The position numbers and the translations under genes were made by a program. From Clostridia bacterium (GTDB lineage Bacteria; Bacillota; Clostridia; Oscillospirales; CAG-272), in assembly GCA_017621415.1 (NCBI GenBank), contig JAGATD010000033.1, forward strand, positions 83,311 to 147,310: DNA of 64,000 bases. The letters are read 5' to 3'. The notes under the pieces are model-generated. The model saw nothing but the letters and a program-made list of their open reading frames with translations. It was not told the DNA's origin and did no database searches. Below, piece by piece: positions 46,954 through 55,156 of this stretch (position 1 is its first letter; every line of letters begins with the position of its first letter).

Positions 46954-49146
46954 ATGAAAAACACAAACCATTCCCGCATTCTTATTTTAGCTCTCTCGCT
47001 TGTAATTCTCGTAGGCGCTATGGTTGGCTTCTCCTCAAGCGCTGAGGACACAGAATATACGAACGAGATCGTATCTATGAACATCGCATACGGCGACACA
47101 GTTCAGGTTCTTATTGCTCTTGACGCTCCCATAGACAACCAGGATGGTATTACTGTTAAGTATATCGACCCTAATGGTGACGAGCAGACCGCAACCTATT
47201 GGAAGACAATGGACGTTAAGGGTACCAATCGCCCTGTATGGTACACTAAGGGCATATCCGCAAAGGACCTTGGTCAGGATGTTGTTGCTACCGTTTATGT
47301 TGACGGTGAGGCTATCAGCACCGCAAATGTTAGCGTTGGACATTACCTTTACACAAAGCTTTACAAGGAAGGTTTTATCAACGCAACCGAAGAAACAGAC
47401 CTTCACAAGAAGGAGCTTTACCAGAACCTTCTTACCTATGCGGCATCTGCTGAGACTGTTCTTTGGAATGATAAGGCAGAGAATGCATCTAACCAGAGAG
47501 TTCTTATTACCGATAAGCTTTACGTTTATGCGGTTGATGGCACTGTTGACGCAGACAAGAAGCTGACAGAGGACGTGCTTACAAAGTCCGAAACTGTAAC
47601 TCTTAACTATACCGGCACCGCTCCAGAGGGATATGAGTTTACAGGAATTTGGCTTTCTTCTATCGACGGTACATCGGTAATAAAGGATGGCGTTGCTACA
47701 ATGCCTACCGTTCACGGTGTTTACGAGCCTATATTCGACTCTGTGACCCATACCGTCGGCAAGTATTATTCCAGCGAAACCGAGGGCACAAGATACGACT
47801 TTGATACAAAACTCAATCTTTCCGGTGACGATCAGACAGACCTCTCGGTTTATAATGCTGAAACCAATCCTACAGGCATTCTTGCAAACGAGCTTGGTGC
47901 AGATGCAACAGCCAGCCTTGTTTCCGATAAGCTTTCTACTCTTGACAACTCTACAGGCGAACTTGTATTTAATATGACCTCCACCGACTGGACCGGCTTC
48001 AATCTTGCTAACAAAAGTGACACAGAAGGTGCTACGGGCTCAAAGTATATCGCGGAGTTTGACTTTACCTACATTGATTCCGCAGCTTACACAGGCTCAG
48101 GCAGCTCCAATCAAGTTGCATTCTACATAGGACCCACATCTTATAACGAGAACGACAAGTATATGCACTCTATAACTCACGCAAAGTTTGAGGCAGACCG
48201 TGAGGTAATGATGTTCGGTAACGTTCCTGTGGTAAAGGGCAGAACCTATACTATTCGAATCGAAACCACCGTTGACGGTAGCTATGCTCTTTACGTTAAC
48301 GACGTTCTCGCTGCCGATAAGCCTGGTTATTACACCAATGAAGCTGAAATTCCTGCAGATTATGATGAAACAATCTATGCAGGCTTTGGATTCACTGTTC
48401 GTCAAAGACACGCAGGCGATAGCTTCTCGTTCTCTGTTGATAACTTCTATATGGGTACTATCGACTCATATTATGATGATAAGACGGTAGCAGGTGACAG
48501 ATACGACTTTACCGATAGCTTTGATGTTTCGGTATATGATGCGGAATCCAATTCCACAGGTCTTCTTGCAGGAACTCTTACAAACGATGATGTTGATGCT
48601 CTTCAGACTAAAAAAACTCTGTCGCTTACCAACACCGACAGTCGTCTTCTGGTTGATATGACAACAAGAGAATGGGCAGGATTTACTATTGCAAACAGAG
48701 AAGCAGTTACTGCATATGAAGGCTCTGTTCATATTGCCGAGTTTGACTTCACCTACATTTCTAACACTGCATATACCGGCACAAGCAAACCAGACTATAA
48801 TGCATTTGCTTTTGGTATCTCCAGTAGTGGAGGTGCTCTTAACAGTATGATCTGTTACAACTATGTGGACCACAAGGATGATACTTTTGGAGGATCTCTT
48901 GCATATAATACTGCAGTATTCGAGATGAACAAGACCTACAGGATAAGAATTGAGAGCACTGTTGGCGGTGACGAGCTTATCTACGTTGATAACGTTCTCG
49001 TTTCTAAAAACGCAAGTGCCAAAGGTAAATCGAACGATCCTTACATCTACGCAGGTCTTGGATTCTACTTCCGTGACAGACACGCAGGAGATGCTTTGTC
49101 ATTCTCTATCGACAATCTGTTTATGACAACTCTTGATCCTAAGTAA
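46954..49146 (+). CDS. secreted protein with an N-terminal beta-rich region and two LamG-like jelly-roll modules
   Basis: Start at ATG 46954 (AAAGGTG RBS). Signal peptide MKNTNHSRILILALSLVILVGAMVGFSSSA. Modules GTRYDF...KGRTYTIRIETTVDG..LYVNDVL...FSVDNFYMG and GDRYDF...NKTYRIRIESTVGG..IYVDNVL...FSIDNLFMT. Confidence 0.85.
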   Translation: MKNTNHSRILILALSLVILVGAMVGFSSSAEDTEYTNEIVSMNIAYGDTVQVLIALDAPIDNQDGITVKYIDPNGDEQTATYWKTMDVKGTNRPVWYTKGISAKDLGQDVVATVYVDGEAISTANVSVGHYLYTKLYKEGFINATEETDLHKKELYQNLLTYAASAETVLWNDKAENASNQRVLITDKLYVYAVDGTVDADKKLTEDVLTKSETVTLNYTGTAPEGYEFTGIWLSSIDGTSVIKDGVATMPTVHGVYEPIFDSVTHTVGKYYSSETEGTRYDFDTKLNLSGDDQTDLSVYNAETNPTGILANELGADATASLVSDKLSTLDNSTGELVFNMTSTDWTGFNLANKSDTEGATGSKYIAEFDFTYIDSAAYTGSGSSNQVAFYIGPTSYNENDKYMHSITHAKFEADREVMMFGNVPVVKGRTYTIRIETTVDGSYALYVNDVLAADKPGYYTNEAEIPADYDETIYAGFGFTVRQRHAGDSFSFSVDNFYMGTIDSYYDDKTVAGDRYDFTDSFDVSVYDAESNSTGLLAGTLTNDDVDALQTKKTLSLTNTDSRLLVDMTTREWAGFTIANREAVTAYEGSVHIAEFDFTYISNTAYTGTSKPDYNAFAFGISSSGGALNSMICYNYVDHKDDTFGGSLAYNTAVFEMNKTYRIRIESTVGGDELIYVDNVLVSKNASAKGKSNDPYIYAGLGFYFRDRHAGDALSFSIDNLFMTTLDPK

Positions 49147-49198
49147 TCTTTGGTTGATAAATTAAGATTAAGATTTCATAACGAACATAAACAAAAAA

Positions 49199-49225
49199 AT
49201 GCGGCTCTTTGGAGTCGCATTTTTA
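49199..49225 (+). terminator. intrinsic terminator after 46954..49146
   Basis: ATGCGGCTC-TTTG-GAGTCGCAT followed by TTTTTAT. Confidence 0.7.
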
Positions 49226-49228
49226 TAT

Positions 49229-49390
49229 AAGGCTTCCCCAGCGAAGCGTGTTGGGGAAACTGTCACGCAGTGACTGATGAGGTAAGAGATAGGCTAGATT
49301 ATTGTTTGACTTGCGTTTTTCTTAAAGTTAGCCTCTGGAACACCTCATCCGTCAGGCTTCGCCTGCCACCTTCCCCCACTGGGGAAGGCT
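49229..49390. repeat. inverted pair of REP/MITE-like double-hairpin elements (same family as 33021..33078 and 33141..33199)
   Basis: Left copy 49229..49283 (AAGGCTTCCCCA..TTGGGGAAAC TGTCAC-GCA-GTGAC TGATGAGGT). Right copy 49341..49390 in reverse orientation (CACCTCATCC GTCAGGC-TTC-GCCTGCC ACCTTCCCCC-ACT-GGGGAAGGCT). Confidence 0.75.
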
Positions 49391-49410
49391 AATATTTTCA
49401 ATTTCTAATG

Positions 49411-49456
49411 AAAAAGCCTTTCCCGAGAGAGACGCTTCGTAAAGAAGTTGTCTCTC
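49411..49456 (+). terminator. second hairpin terminator
   Basis: CCCGAGAGAGAC-(16 nt)-GTCTCTCTCGG followed by TTTTTATTT. Confidence 0.6.
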
Positions 49457-49581
49457 TCGGTTTTTATTTCAATAAAAAAATGACACTTAACACAAAGATT
49501 GTGAAAGTGTCATAGTGGGTTACATACTTTAAAAAGGTTAAAACCTTACCGAAATTTAATGTTTTTTCGGTGTGTAAAGAA

Positions 49582-49754
49582 TGATATATCTCTAACGAGA
49601 TATGATATACAGCTTTGCCGTATGATATATTTTCACTTCGTGAAAACATGATATAATATCCGTTCCTGAATATGCCGCAGGCATATATCATCGCTCGTAG
49701 AGCGATATCATACCAAAGGAATATCACCCGTTCCGCAGAGGAACGGATATCATT
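49582..49754. repeat. array of eight (A)TGATAT(A) motifs, four forward then four reverse, interleaved with short tetraloop-type hairpins
   Basis: ATGATATA at 49582, 49603, 49623 and 49649. Reverse complement (T/G)ATATCAT at 49685, 49705 and 49747, plus a partial AATATCAC at 49721. Hairpins: ATATCTC-TAAC-GAGATAT, TTTTCAC-TTCG-TGAAAA, ATATGCC-GCA-GGCATAT, CGCTC-GTA-GAGCG, CCGTTCC-GCAGA-GGAACGG. Confidence 0.7.
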
Positions 49755-49801
49755 GAGGCGCACTCCGTAAGGACGTGCGCCTCGAAAGAAGGGCTTTTTT
49801 A

Positions 49802-50626
49802 TTACATCTTCATCAGATAATCGTATGTAGCTTTTACAAGCTTTGTTTTTTGGTGCAGGACCTCTCGGGGGCAGTTCTTTGAGTCGCCGGGGATTTCATA
49901 GTTAAACATCCCCTCGTAATTTATCTCTCTCAGACCGTCAATAAAGTCCTGCCAGTCAATATTTCCACGGCTGAACGGGAGAATATGCTGGTCCTCACCG
50001 CCGTCGTTATCGTGAACGTGCAGAGCTTTTATAAGGCTTCCTCCCTTTACGAGAAATTCCTTTTGAGAGGAGGTTTTTGTCCTGTTAAGGTGGCCTGTAT
50101 CAAGGCAAATTGCAAATTTCGGTGAGCCAACTCTCTTGATTAGCTCGAGAATAGGGTCAATTCCCACAGGAGCGCCGCCGCCAAGGTTTTCAAGACAGAT
50201 GTACATATCAATATGCGCCGTACGTCTTGCAACCTCCTTAAGAGCAACAACATTTTTTTCAAATATGTCCTCGTCGGTCACATCAACCCCGCGCATATAG
50301 TCGCAGTGTAGAACAGAGCACTTAATGCCGATAGCCTCGTAGAGCTCTGCCTGGCGGACAATATAGTCAATAAAGCTTTCACCCTCGCAGACAATAAGAG
50401 AGGGAAAAGCCAAGTGACCCTGCGTTGCGGTAATGCCATGCTCAGCCATAAATTCTTTGAATTTTCTGCCGTTTTCTCTATAGTCTCCATCTCTTGCCAA
50501 AATGGCGCTGCCGTGCTCATGAGAAAGCTCAATATGAGTTACTCCGTCTTTTTCAAACTCGAGAATAGCCTCTTCGGGCTCCTCGGTGTTGTAATACTGT
50601 GACCATATACTAAATGGCGCGTTCAT
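49802..50626 (-). CDS. xylose-isomerase-like TIM-barrel protein (sugar phosphate isomerase/epimerase family)
   Basis: 274 aa; THIELS, CLENL, CLDTGH and HVHDN patterns typical of the AP_endonuc_2 fold. Confidence 0.75.
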   Translation of the reverse strand: MNAPFSIWSQYYNTEEPEEAILEFEKDGVTHIELSHEHGSAILARDGDYRENGRKFKEFMAEHGITATQGHLAFPSLIVCEGESFIDYIVRQAELYEAIGIKCSVLHCDYMRGVDVTDEDIFEKNVVALKEVARRTAHIDMYICLENLGGGAPVGIDPILELIKRVGSPKFAICLDTGHLNRTKTSSQKEFLVKGGSLIKALHVHDNDGGEDQHILPFSRGNIDWQDFIDGLREINYEGMFNYEIPGDSKNCPREVLHQKTKLVKATYDYLMKM

Positions 50627-50669
50627 AGATAATTATACTCCTTTTTCTGGAAGACGCAGTTTGTTTGAT

Positions 50670-51401
50670 TTAGTCGTGTCTTTGGTCCTTACGGTAATAG
50701 GTTTCGCAAAATCTTGCGGCAAATGCAGGCTCAACATCTTTAACATAAAGGTGTGACGTATCGCCAAAGCTGCCCATTCTGAAATATGCGACACCCTCTC
50801 TGCGCTCCTCGGTTACAAGGGTTGTTACAGAAGTGGGCGCAGCGCAGCTGCCGTGCCATAGAGGTACAGGTGAAATATTCAGAATGTGAGAGAGTAAAAC
50901 ACATTCAAGGCCGAAATGGCAGAAGAGAACTACCGTATCCTCGTTGGGTCTCTCAGCACGGTAAACAAGGCCGTCTCTTACATATCCGTGCTTTTCAAGC
51001 AAAGTGTCAAGCCCGTCGCACACATATTTATATGCCTCGGGAACACCCGCCTCCTTGTATACAGGTACGTTCATCCATTTATCCTTGTCGAAAAATTCGG
51101 GGATAACGGTCCAGGCGGTAGGAAGCCAGTCCCAGCAGCAGCTAAGCTCCTCAGCTCCCTCTTTTCCTTTTATCTGAGGAGGAAATTCGCGAAGCCAATC
51201 AAGAGTTTCAGCCTCTCTGCCCATTTTTCTAAGAGTGGGCTTTGAAGTCGCCTGTGCTCTTCCTAATGGGGAGCAATAAAAGGCTGTAACATCCATTTTT
51301 TTAATCTTTTCCGAGAGCAGCTCCGCTTCAATAAAGCCCCCCTCGGTCAGCGAGTCGTGCTCGTAGTCCGGGTCGCCGTGCCTTATGATAATAAGCTTCA
51401 T
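50670..51401 (-). CDS. histidine phosphatase (phosphoglycerate-mutase-like) family protein
   Basis: N-terminal catalytic RHG motif (LIIIRHGDPD) and SPLGRAQ.T. Confidence 0.8.
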   Translation of the reverse strand: MKLIIIRHGDPDYEHDSLTEGGFIEAELLSEKIKKMDVTAFYCSPLGRAQATSKPTLRKMGREAETLDWLREFPPQIKGKEGAEELSCCWDWLPTAWTVIPEFFDKDKWMNVPVYKEAGVPEAYKYVCDGLDTLLEKHGYVRDGLVYRAERPNEDTVVLFCHFGLECVLLSHILNISPVPLWHGSCAAPTSVTTLVTEERREGVAYFRMGSFGDTSHLYVKDVEPAFAARFCETYYRKDQRHD

Positions 51402-51413
51402 AACTTTTCCTCT

Positions 51414-52310
51414 TTATCCGAGACGTCTTTCGTAAAGGGTCATAAAGTCCTCTTCGGTAACACCCGAGTGCTCGTAAGGACAGTCGTAAACAGGGTCGGG
51501 GAATGTGAGAAGCCCGCCGAGAATATTCTCGTGGTCTGCGCCGCCCATTTTGTAGAGCTTATGCTCATCACATACCTTTTCGTAGAAGTCGTGCTCCTCG
51601 GGAGTGAGCATAGAGTGCCTGGTCTCAAAGCCCATAACACCCATGTTGATATAATAATCTACAAGATGACCGTTGTTATGAGGGTGGGCAATAACAGGAA
51701 CACCGCCCGCCGCCTTTATGATACGTACAACGTCCTCGGTTATAATGTCCTTGTAGCCGTATCCGATAATTTCGCGAATCTTATCCTCGTAGCCCAGACG
51801 GTAAGAGAAGTTGGGCTTTAGGAACACGTCGTCATACTCTGCCTTTATGTAAATTCCGCGCTTAAGCATGGATTCAAAGACCTGGTTGTTGCAGATGTAG
51901 TCGTTATAGGGGTGGTCGTCAAGCACGTCTTGCCAAGTAATACCGTCTCTGAGAGTTCCGCGCTCCTGTCCCCACTTAAAGAGCAGCTCAGAGCGTTTTG
52001 TCTGAATGGAAGACCCTTTGCGCAAAAGCTCACGCATTTCGGGGTACTCGGGGTCAAAGTCAAAGCCGCAAAGATGCGCTCCGCCATGCCGGTTATGGGT
52101 AGAGAACTCACATCCCATCATGGTTTTCATGCCGCGTCTGTCGCACTCAGCCTTGATAAAGGGATAACCCTTTGCTGTGTCGTGGTCGGTGAGAATGATT
52201 CCACCGTGTCCCATGTTCCATGCCATTCTCGCCAGAGTTTCGGGGGTATATTCCGCATCCGAGAAGCAGGAGTGGTTATGGCAGCTTGCAAAAATTCTTA
52301 CATCACTCAT
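51414..52310 (-). CDS. PHP-domain metal-dependent phosphoesterase
   Basis: CHNHSCFSD..YTPE......GHGGIILTDHD (PHP motifs I/II) and downstream His clusters (IAHPH). Confidence 0.75.
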   Translation of the reverse strand: MSDVRIFASCHNHSCFSDAEYTPETLARMAWNMGHGGIILTDHDTAKGYPFIKAECDRRGMKTMMGCEFSTHNRHGGAHLCGFDFDPEYPEMRELLRKGSSIQTKRSELLFKWGQERGTLRDGITWQDVLDDHPYNDYICNNQVFESMLKRGIYIKAEYDDVFLKPNFSYRLGYEDKIREIIGYGYKDIITEDVVRIIKAAGGVPVIAHPHNNGHLVDYYINMGVMGFETRHSMLTPEEHDFYEKVCDEHKLYKMGGADHENILGGLLTFPDPVYDCPYEHSGVTEEDFMTLYERRLG

Positions 52311-52573
52311 TTTTAAATACCTCGTGTCTTTGTCCTCAATAAATTCAAGGAGAGTATATTGTTAATTATAGCACAAAAGACCTGCTTGGTCAAGATTATT
52401 TCATAAAATAAATAAAATATTTTAAATATTTTAAGCTGCGCTGTTAATTAAGCTTGAAACAATGCTAACAACTAATAAAATGGGTTAAGAATTGATAAGC
52501 TAAATTGGCAAATAATCTTGAAAAATGAAAAGAATTGTTTGCAAAATACCTGCAAATTGCGTTTTTTAGGAAA

Positions 52574-52612
52574 TAAAAAATTCGAAGAGAAAAAATCTCT
52601 TCGAATTTTTTG
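52574..52612. terminator. bidirectional terminator ending the T-box-controlled two-gene operon
   Basis: AATTCGAAGAGA-AAAAA-TCTCTTCGAATT flanked by A- and T-runs. Confidence 0.75.
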
Positions 52613-52642
52613 TATGTGATTTGCAGGCTGAAGCTCTGCGAG

Positions 52643-55156
52643 TTAAGATTTTGCCGGTCCTGCGGTGTCGGAGCCGTCTCCGACCAGTCCGAGGCGCTTT
52701 GCGGCATCCTCTCTCATCTTATATTTAAGAACCTTTCCCGCAGCATTCATAGGGAAGCTGTTAACAAATTCAATGTACTTCGGAACCTTATGACGCGCCA
52801 TACTTGCCTTAATGTAGTCGGACATTTCCTCAACGGTAACGCTACCCGGCTCTTTAAGGATAATGCAAGCCATAATTTCCTCACCGTATTTTTTATCGGG
52901 AACACCGATAACCTGTACGTCCTTTGTCTGAGGGTGAGTATAGATGAACTCCTCAATTTCTTTAGGATAAATATTTTCGCCTCCGCGGATTATCATATCC
53001 TTAAGACGTCCTGTAATGCGGTAGTTGCCATCCTCGTCACGGGATGCAAGGTCGCCCGAGTGAAGCCAGCCGTCCTCGTCTATTGTGCCCTTTGTTGCCA
53101 TAGGCATTTTGTAATAGCCTTTCATCTGGTTGTAGCCCTTGGCGCAGAACTCACCGTTAACACCGGGTCCAACCTCTTCGCCTGTTTCGGGGTCTACTAT
53201 CTTGCAGCGAACGTGCGGGAATGCGTATCCAACCGTTTCGGTACGCACCTCAAGTGAGTCAGTCCAGGAGCTCATTGTGTTTCCGGGAGCGCATTCGGTC
53301 TGACCGTAAACGCTGACAATACCTGTCATATTCATTTCATCGGGCCTTGCGGCTCTGCGCATAAGCTCAGGGGGACAGCCCGCACCTGCCATAATACCTG
53401 TTCTCATATGGGAGAAGTCGGTAGAACGGTAGCTTGGGTGGTTAAACATTGCGATAAACATCGTGGGAACGCCGTTAAAGCAGGTGATTTTTTCCTGATT
53501 TATACAAGCGAGAGATGATTTTGCGGAGAAGTATGGCATAGGACACATGGTAGTTCCGTGGGTCATTGATGATGTCATAGACAGTGTCATTCCGAAGCAG
53601 TGGAACATAGGCACCTGAATCATCATTCTGTCAGCGGTGGAAAGACCCATGCGGTCGCCTATACACTTGCCGTTATTTACAACATTGTAGTGAGTAAGCA
53701 TAACTCCCTTAGGGAAGCCTGTTGTTCCTGAGGTGTATTGCATGTTACATACATCGCTTGGGCGTACCGCCGCTGCCATTTTAGCAACCTGCTCGGAGCT
53801 TACAAGCTTGTATCTTGCCATAGCCTCGTCAAAGGTGAGAGAGCCGGGCTGCTTGAAGCCTACTGTAATAACATTTCTGAGGAATGGCAGCTTCTTTGAA
53901 TGAAGAGGCTCGCCGGGAACGGTGTCTTTTATTTCGGGACAGAGTGTGTTTATAATTTCCTTGTAGTTTGAGTCAAGGCAGCTGTCAATCATAACCAGTG
54001 TATGGGTATCAGACTGACGGAGCAGGTACTCGGCCTCGTGAATCTTATATGCGGTGTTAACTGTGACAAGAACTGCACCGAGCTTTACGGTAGCCCAGAA
54101 TGTGATATACCACGCGGGAAGGTTTGTTGCCCATATTGCAACCTTAGAGCCCGCCTTTACACCAAGAGAAACAAGAGCTCTTGCAAAGCGGTCAACGTCC
54201 TCACGGAACTCGGCATAGGTTCTTGTGTAATCAAGTGTTGTGTACTTAAAGCAGTACTGGTCAGGGAACTCGTCGGCAACTCTGTCAAGCACCTGTGAAA
54301 ATGTAAGGTCGATAAGCTCGTCTTTTTTCCACACATACTGGCCTGTGCCGTCATGGTTGAAGTAGAGTTTCTTTTTCATATCCCTTGTTGAATGGAAGCG
54401 GGACATGTAGTTTACAAAATGAGGGAAAATAATTTCGGGGTCAGAGAGCTCGTCGAGCCACTCGGGCTTCCACTCAAGAGAGATAAAGTTATCGTAGTTT
54501 ACCGAGGAAAGAGCGCGCATAACGTCGTCAATAGGCATACTGCCCTCGCCGATAAGCTGATATGTTCCCTCATCGTCAGAGTCTCTTAAGTGAACATGGC
54601 GCACATAGCAGCCAAGGTTTTTTATTGTATCATCACCCGACTCACCGTTGTCTCTGTATGGGTGATGAACGTCCCAAAGAACCGCAAGATTGTCGCTTGC
54701 AAAACGGTCAAGCATATCTCTAAGTCTTGCTGTGTTTGAATAAATTCCGCTTGTTTTTACAAGAATTGTAACATCCGAGGCTTCAGCATAAGGTAAAAGC
54801 TCGGTGAGCACCGAATATACAGTATCCTCATTGTCATTAAGCGCGCATACAACAACATAGGGCACACGGCTGTCGCTTGCAGTATTTATAAGAGACTTTA
54901 CGGTATCCTTTACAGATGGGTCTTTGGAGATGTCGCAGGATGTGTCAAAGCAGGGAATAGTGAGCTGCTTTTCGCGAAGAGTGCGCACTGTTGCAGCAGT
55001 ATTATACTTGTGGAAAGGACCTCCGCGGTCGGTAAGAGCATTAAAGCTTTGAAGATTATAAACCTCTATGCCGGAAAAACCCATTTCCTGCGCTGTTTCC
55101 AGCATTTCATCAAAGGACAGCCCCGGCCAGCCTCTTGTGGAAAAGGAGAGCTTCAT
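52643..55156 (-). CDS. fusion protein: N-terminal xylose-isomerase-like TIM barrel (~270 aa) + C-terminal AMP-forming acyl-CoA synthetase/ligase (~560 aa)
   Basis: N-terminus: MKLSFSTRGW...GFSGIEVY...HVHLRD...SLEW. C-terminus: AMP-binding motif YTSGTTGFPKGV, GYGQTE-like VYGQTE, WLHSGDL, GRLKDMIIRGGENIYPKEIE. ATGA overlap with the upstream gene. Confidence 0.85.
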   Translation of the reverse strand: MKLSFSTRGWPGLSFDEMLETAQEMGFSGIEVYNLQSFNALTDRGGPFHKYNTAATVRTLREKQLTIPCFDTSCDISKDPSVKDTVKSLINTASDSRVPYVVVCALNDNEDTVYSVLTELLPYAEASDVTILVKTSGIYSNTARLRDMLDRFASDNLAVLWDVHHPYRDNGESGDDTIKNLGCYVRHVHLRDSDDEGTYQLIGEGSMPIDDVMRALSSVNYDNFISLEWKPEWLDELSDPEIIFPHFVNYMSRFHSTRDMKKKLYFNHDGTGQYVWKKDELIDLTFSQVLDRVADEFPDQYCFKYTTLDYTRTYAEFREDVDRFARALVSLGVKAGSKVAIWATNLPAWYITFWATVKLGAVLVTVNTAYKIHEAEYLLRQSDTHTLVMIDSCLDSNYKEIINTLCPEIKDTVPGEPLHSKKLPFLRNVITVGFKQPGSLTFDEAMARYKLVSSEQVAKMAAAVRPSDVCNMQYTSGTTGFPKGVMLTHYNVVNNGKCIGDRMGLSTADRMMIQVPMFHCFGMTLSMTSSMTHGTTMCPMPYFSAKSSLACINQEKITCFNGVPTMFIAMFNHPSYRSTDFSHMRTGIMAGAGCPPELMRRAARPDEMNMTGIVSVYGQTECAPGNTMSSWTDSLEVRTETVGYAFPHVRCKIVDPETGEEVGPGVNGEFCAKGYNQMKGYYKMPMATKGTIDEDGWLHSGDLASRDEDGNYRITGRLKDMIIRGGENIYPKEIEEFIYTHPQTKDVQVIGVPDKKYGEEIMACIILKEPGSVTVEEMSDYIKASMARHKVPKYIEFVNSFPMNAAGKVLKYKMREDAAKRLGLVGDGSDTAGPAKS

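Noticed and set aside
47035-47751. 238-aa and 205-aa - strand ORFs inside 46954..49146 (47035..47751, 48466..49083), and similar ones inside the synthetase genes (58991..59620, 61447..62139, 60871..61368)
   Set aside because: They are antisense shadows of genes with strong family motifs on the + strand, and they lack RBSs and recognisable domains.
49250-49283. Hammerhead-ribozyme-like core (GAAAC ... hairpin ... CUGAUGAG) in element copy E3
   Set aside because: Only one hairpin lies between GAAAC and CUGAUGAG, whereas a hammerhead needs two helices there. The other three element copies read GGATGAGG instead of CUGAUGA, so the resemblance is coincidental.
49464-49763. 99-aa - strand ORF overlapping the ATGATATA array
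   Set aside because: Its odd repetitive composition (YDI, YHI, ISY) is generated by the DNA motif array. There is no RBS and no family resemblance. It is treated as non-coding.
52610-53257. 215-aa + strand ORF
   Set aside because: Antisense to the C-terminal part of the acyl-CoA-ligase fusion, and it begins inside the terminator region.
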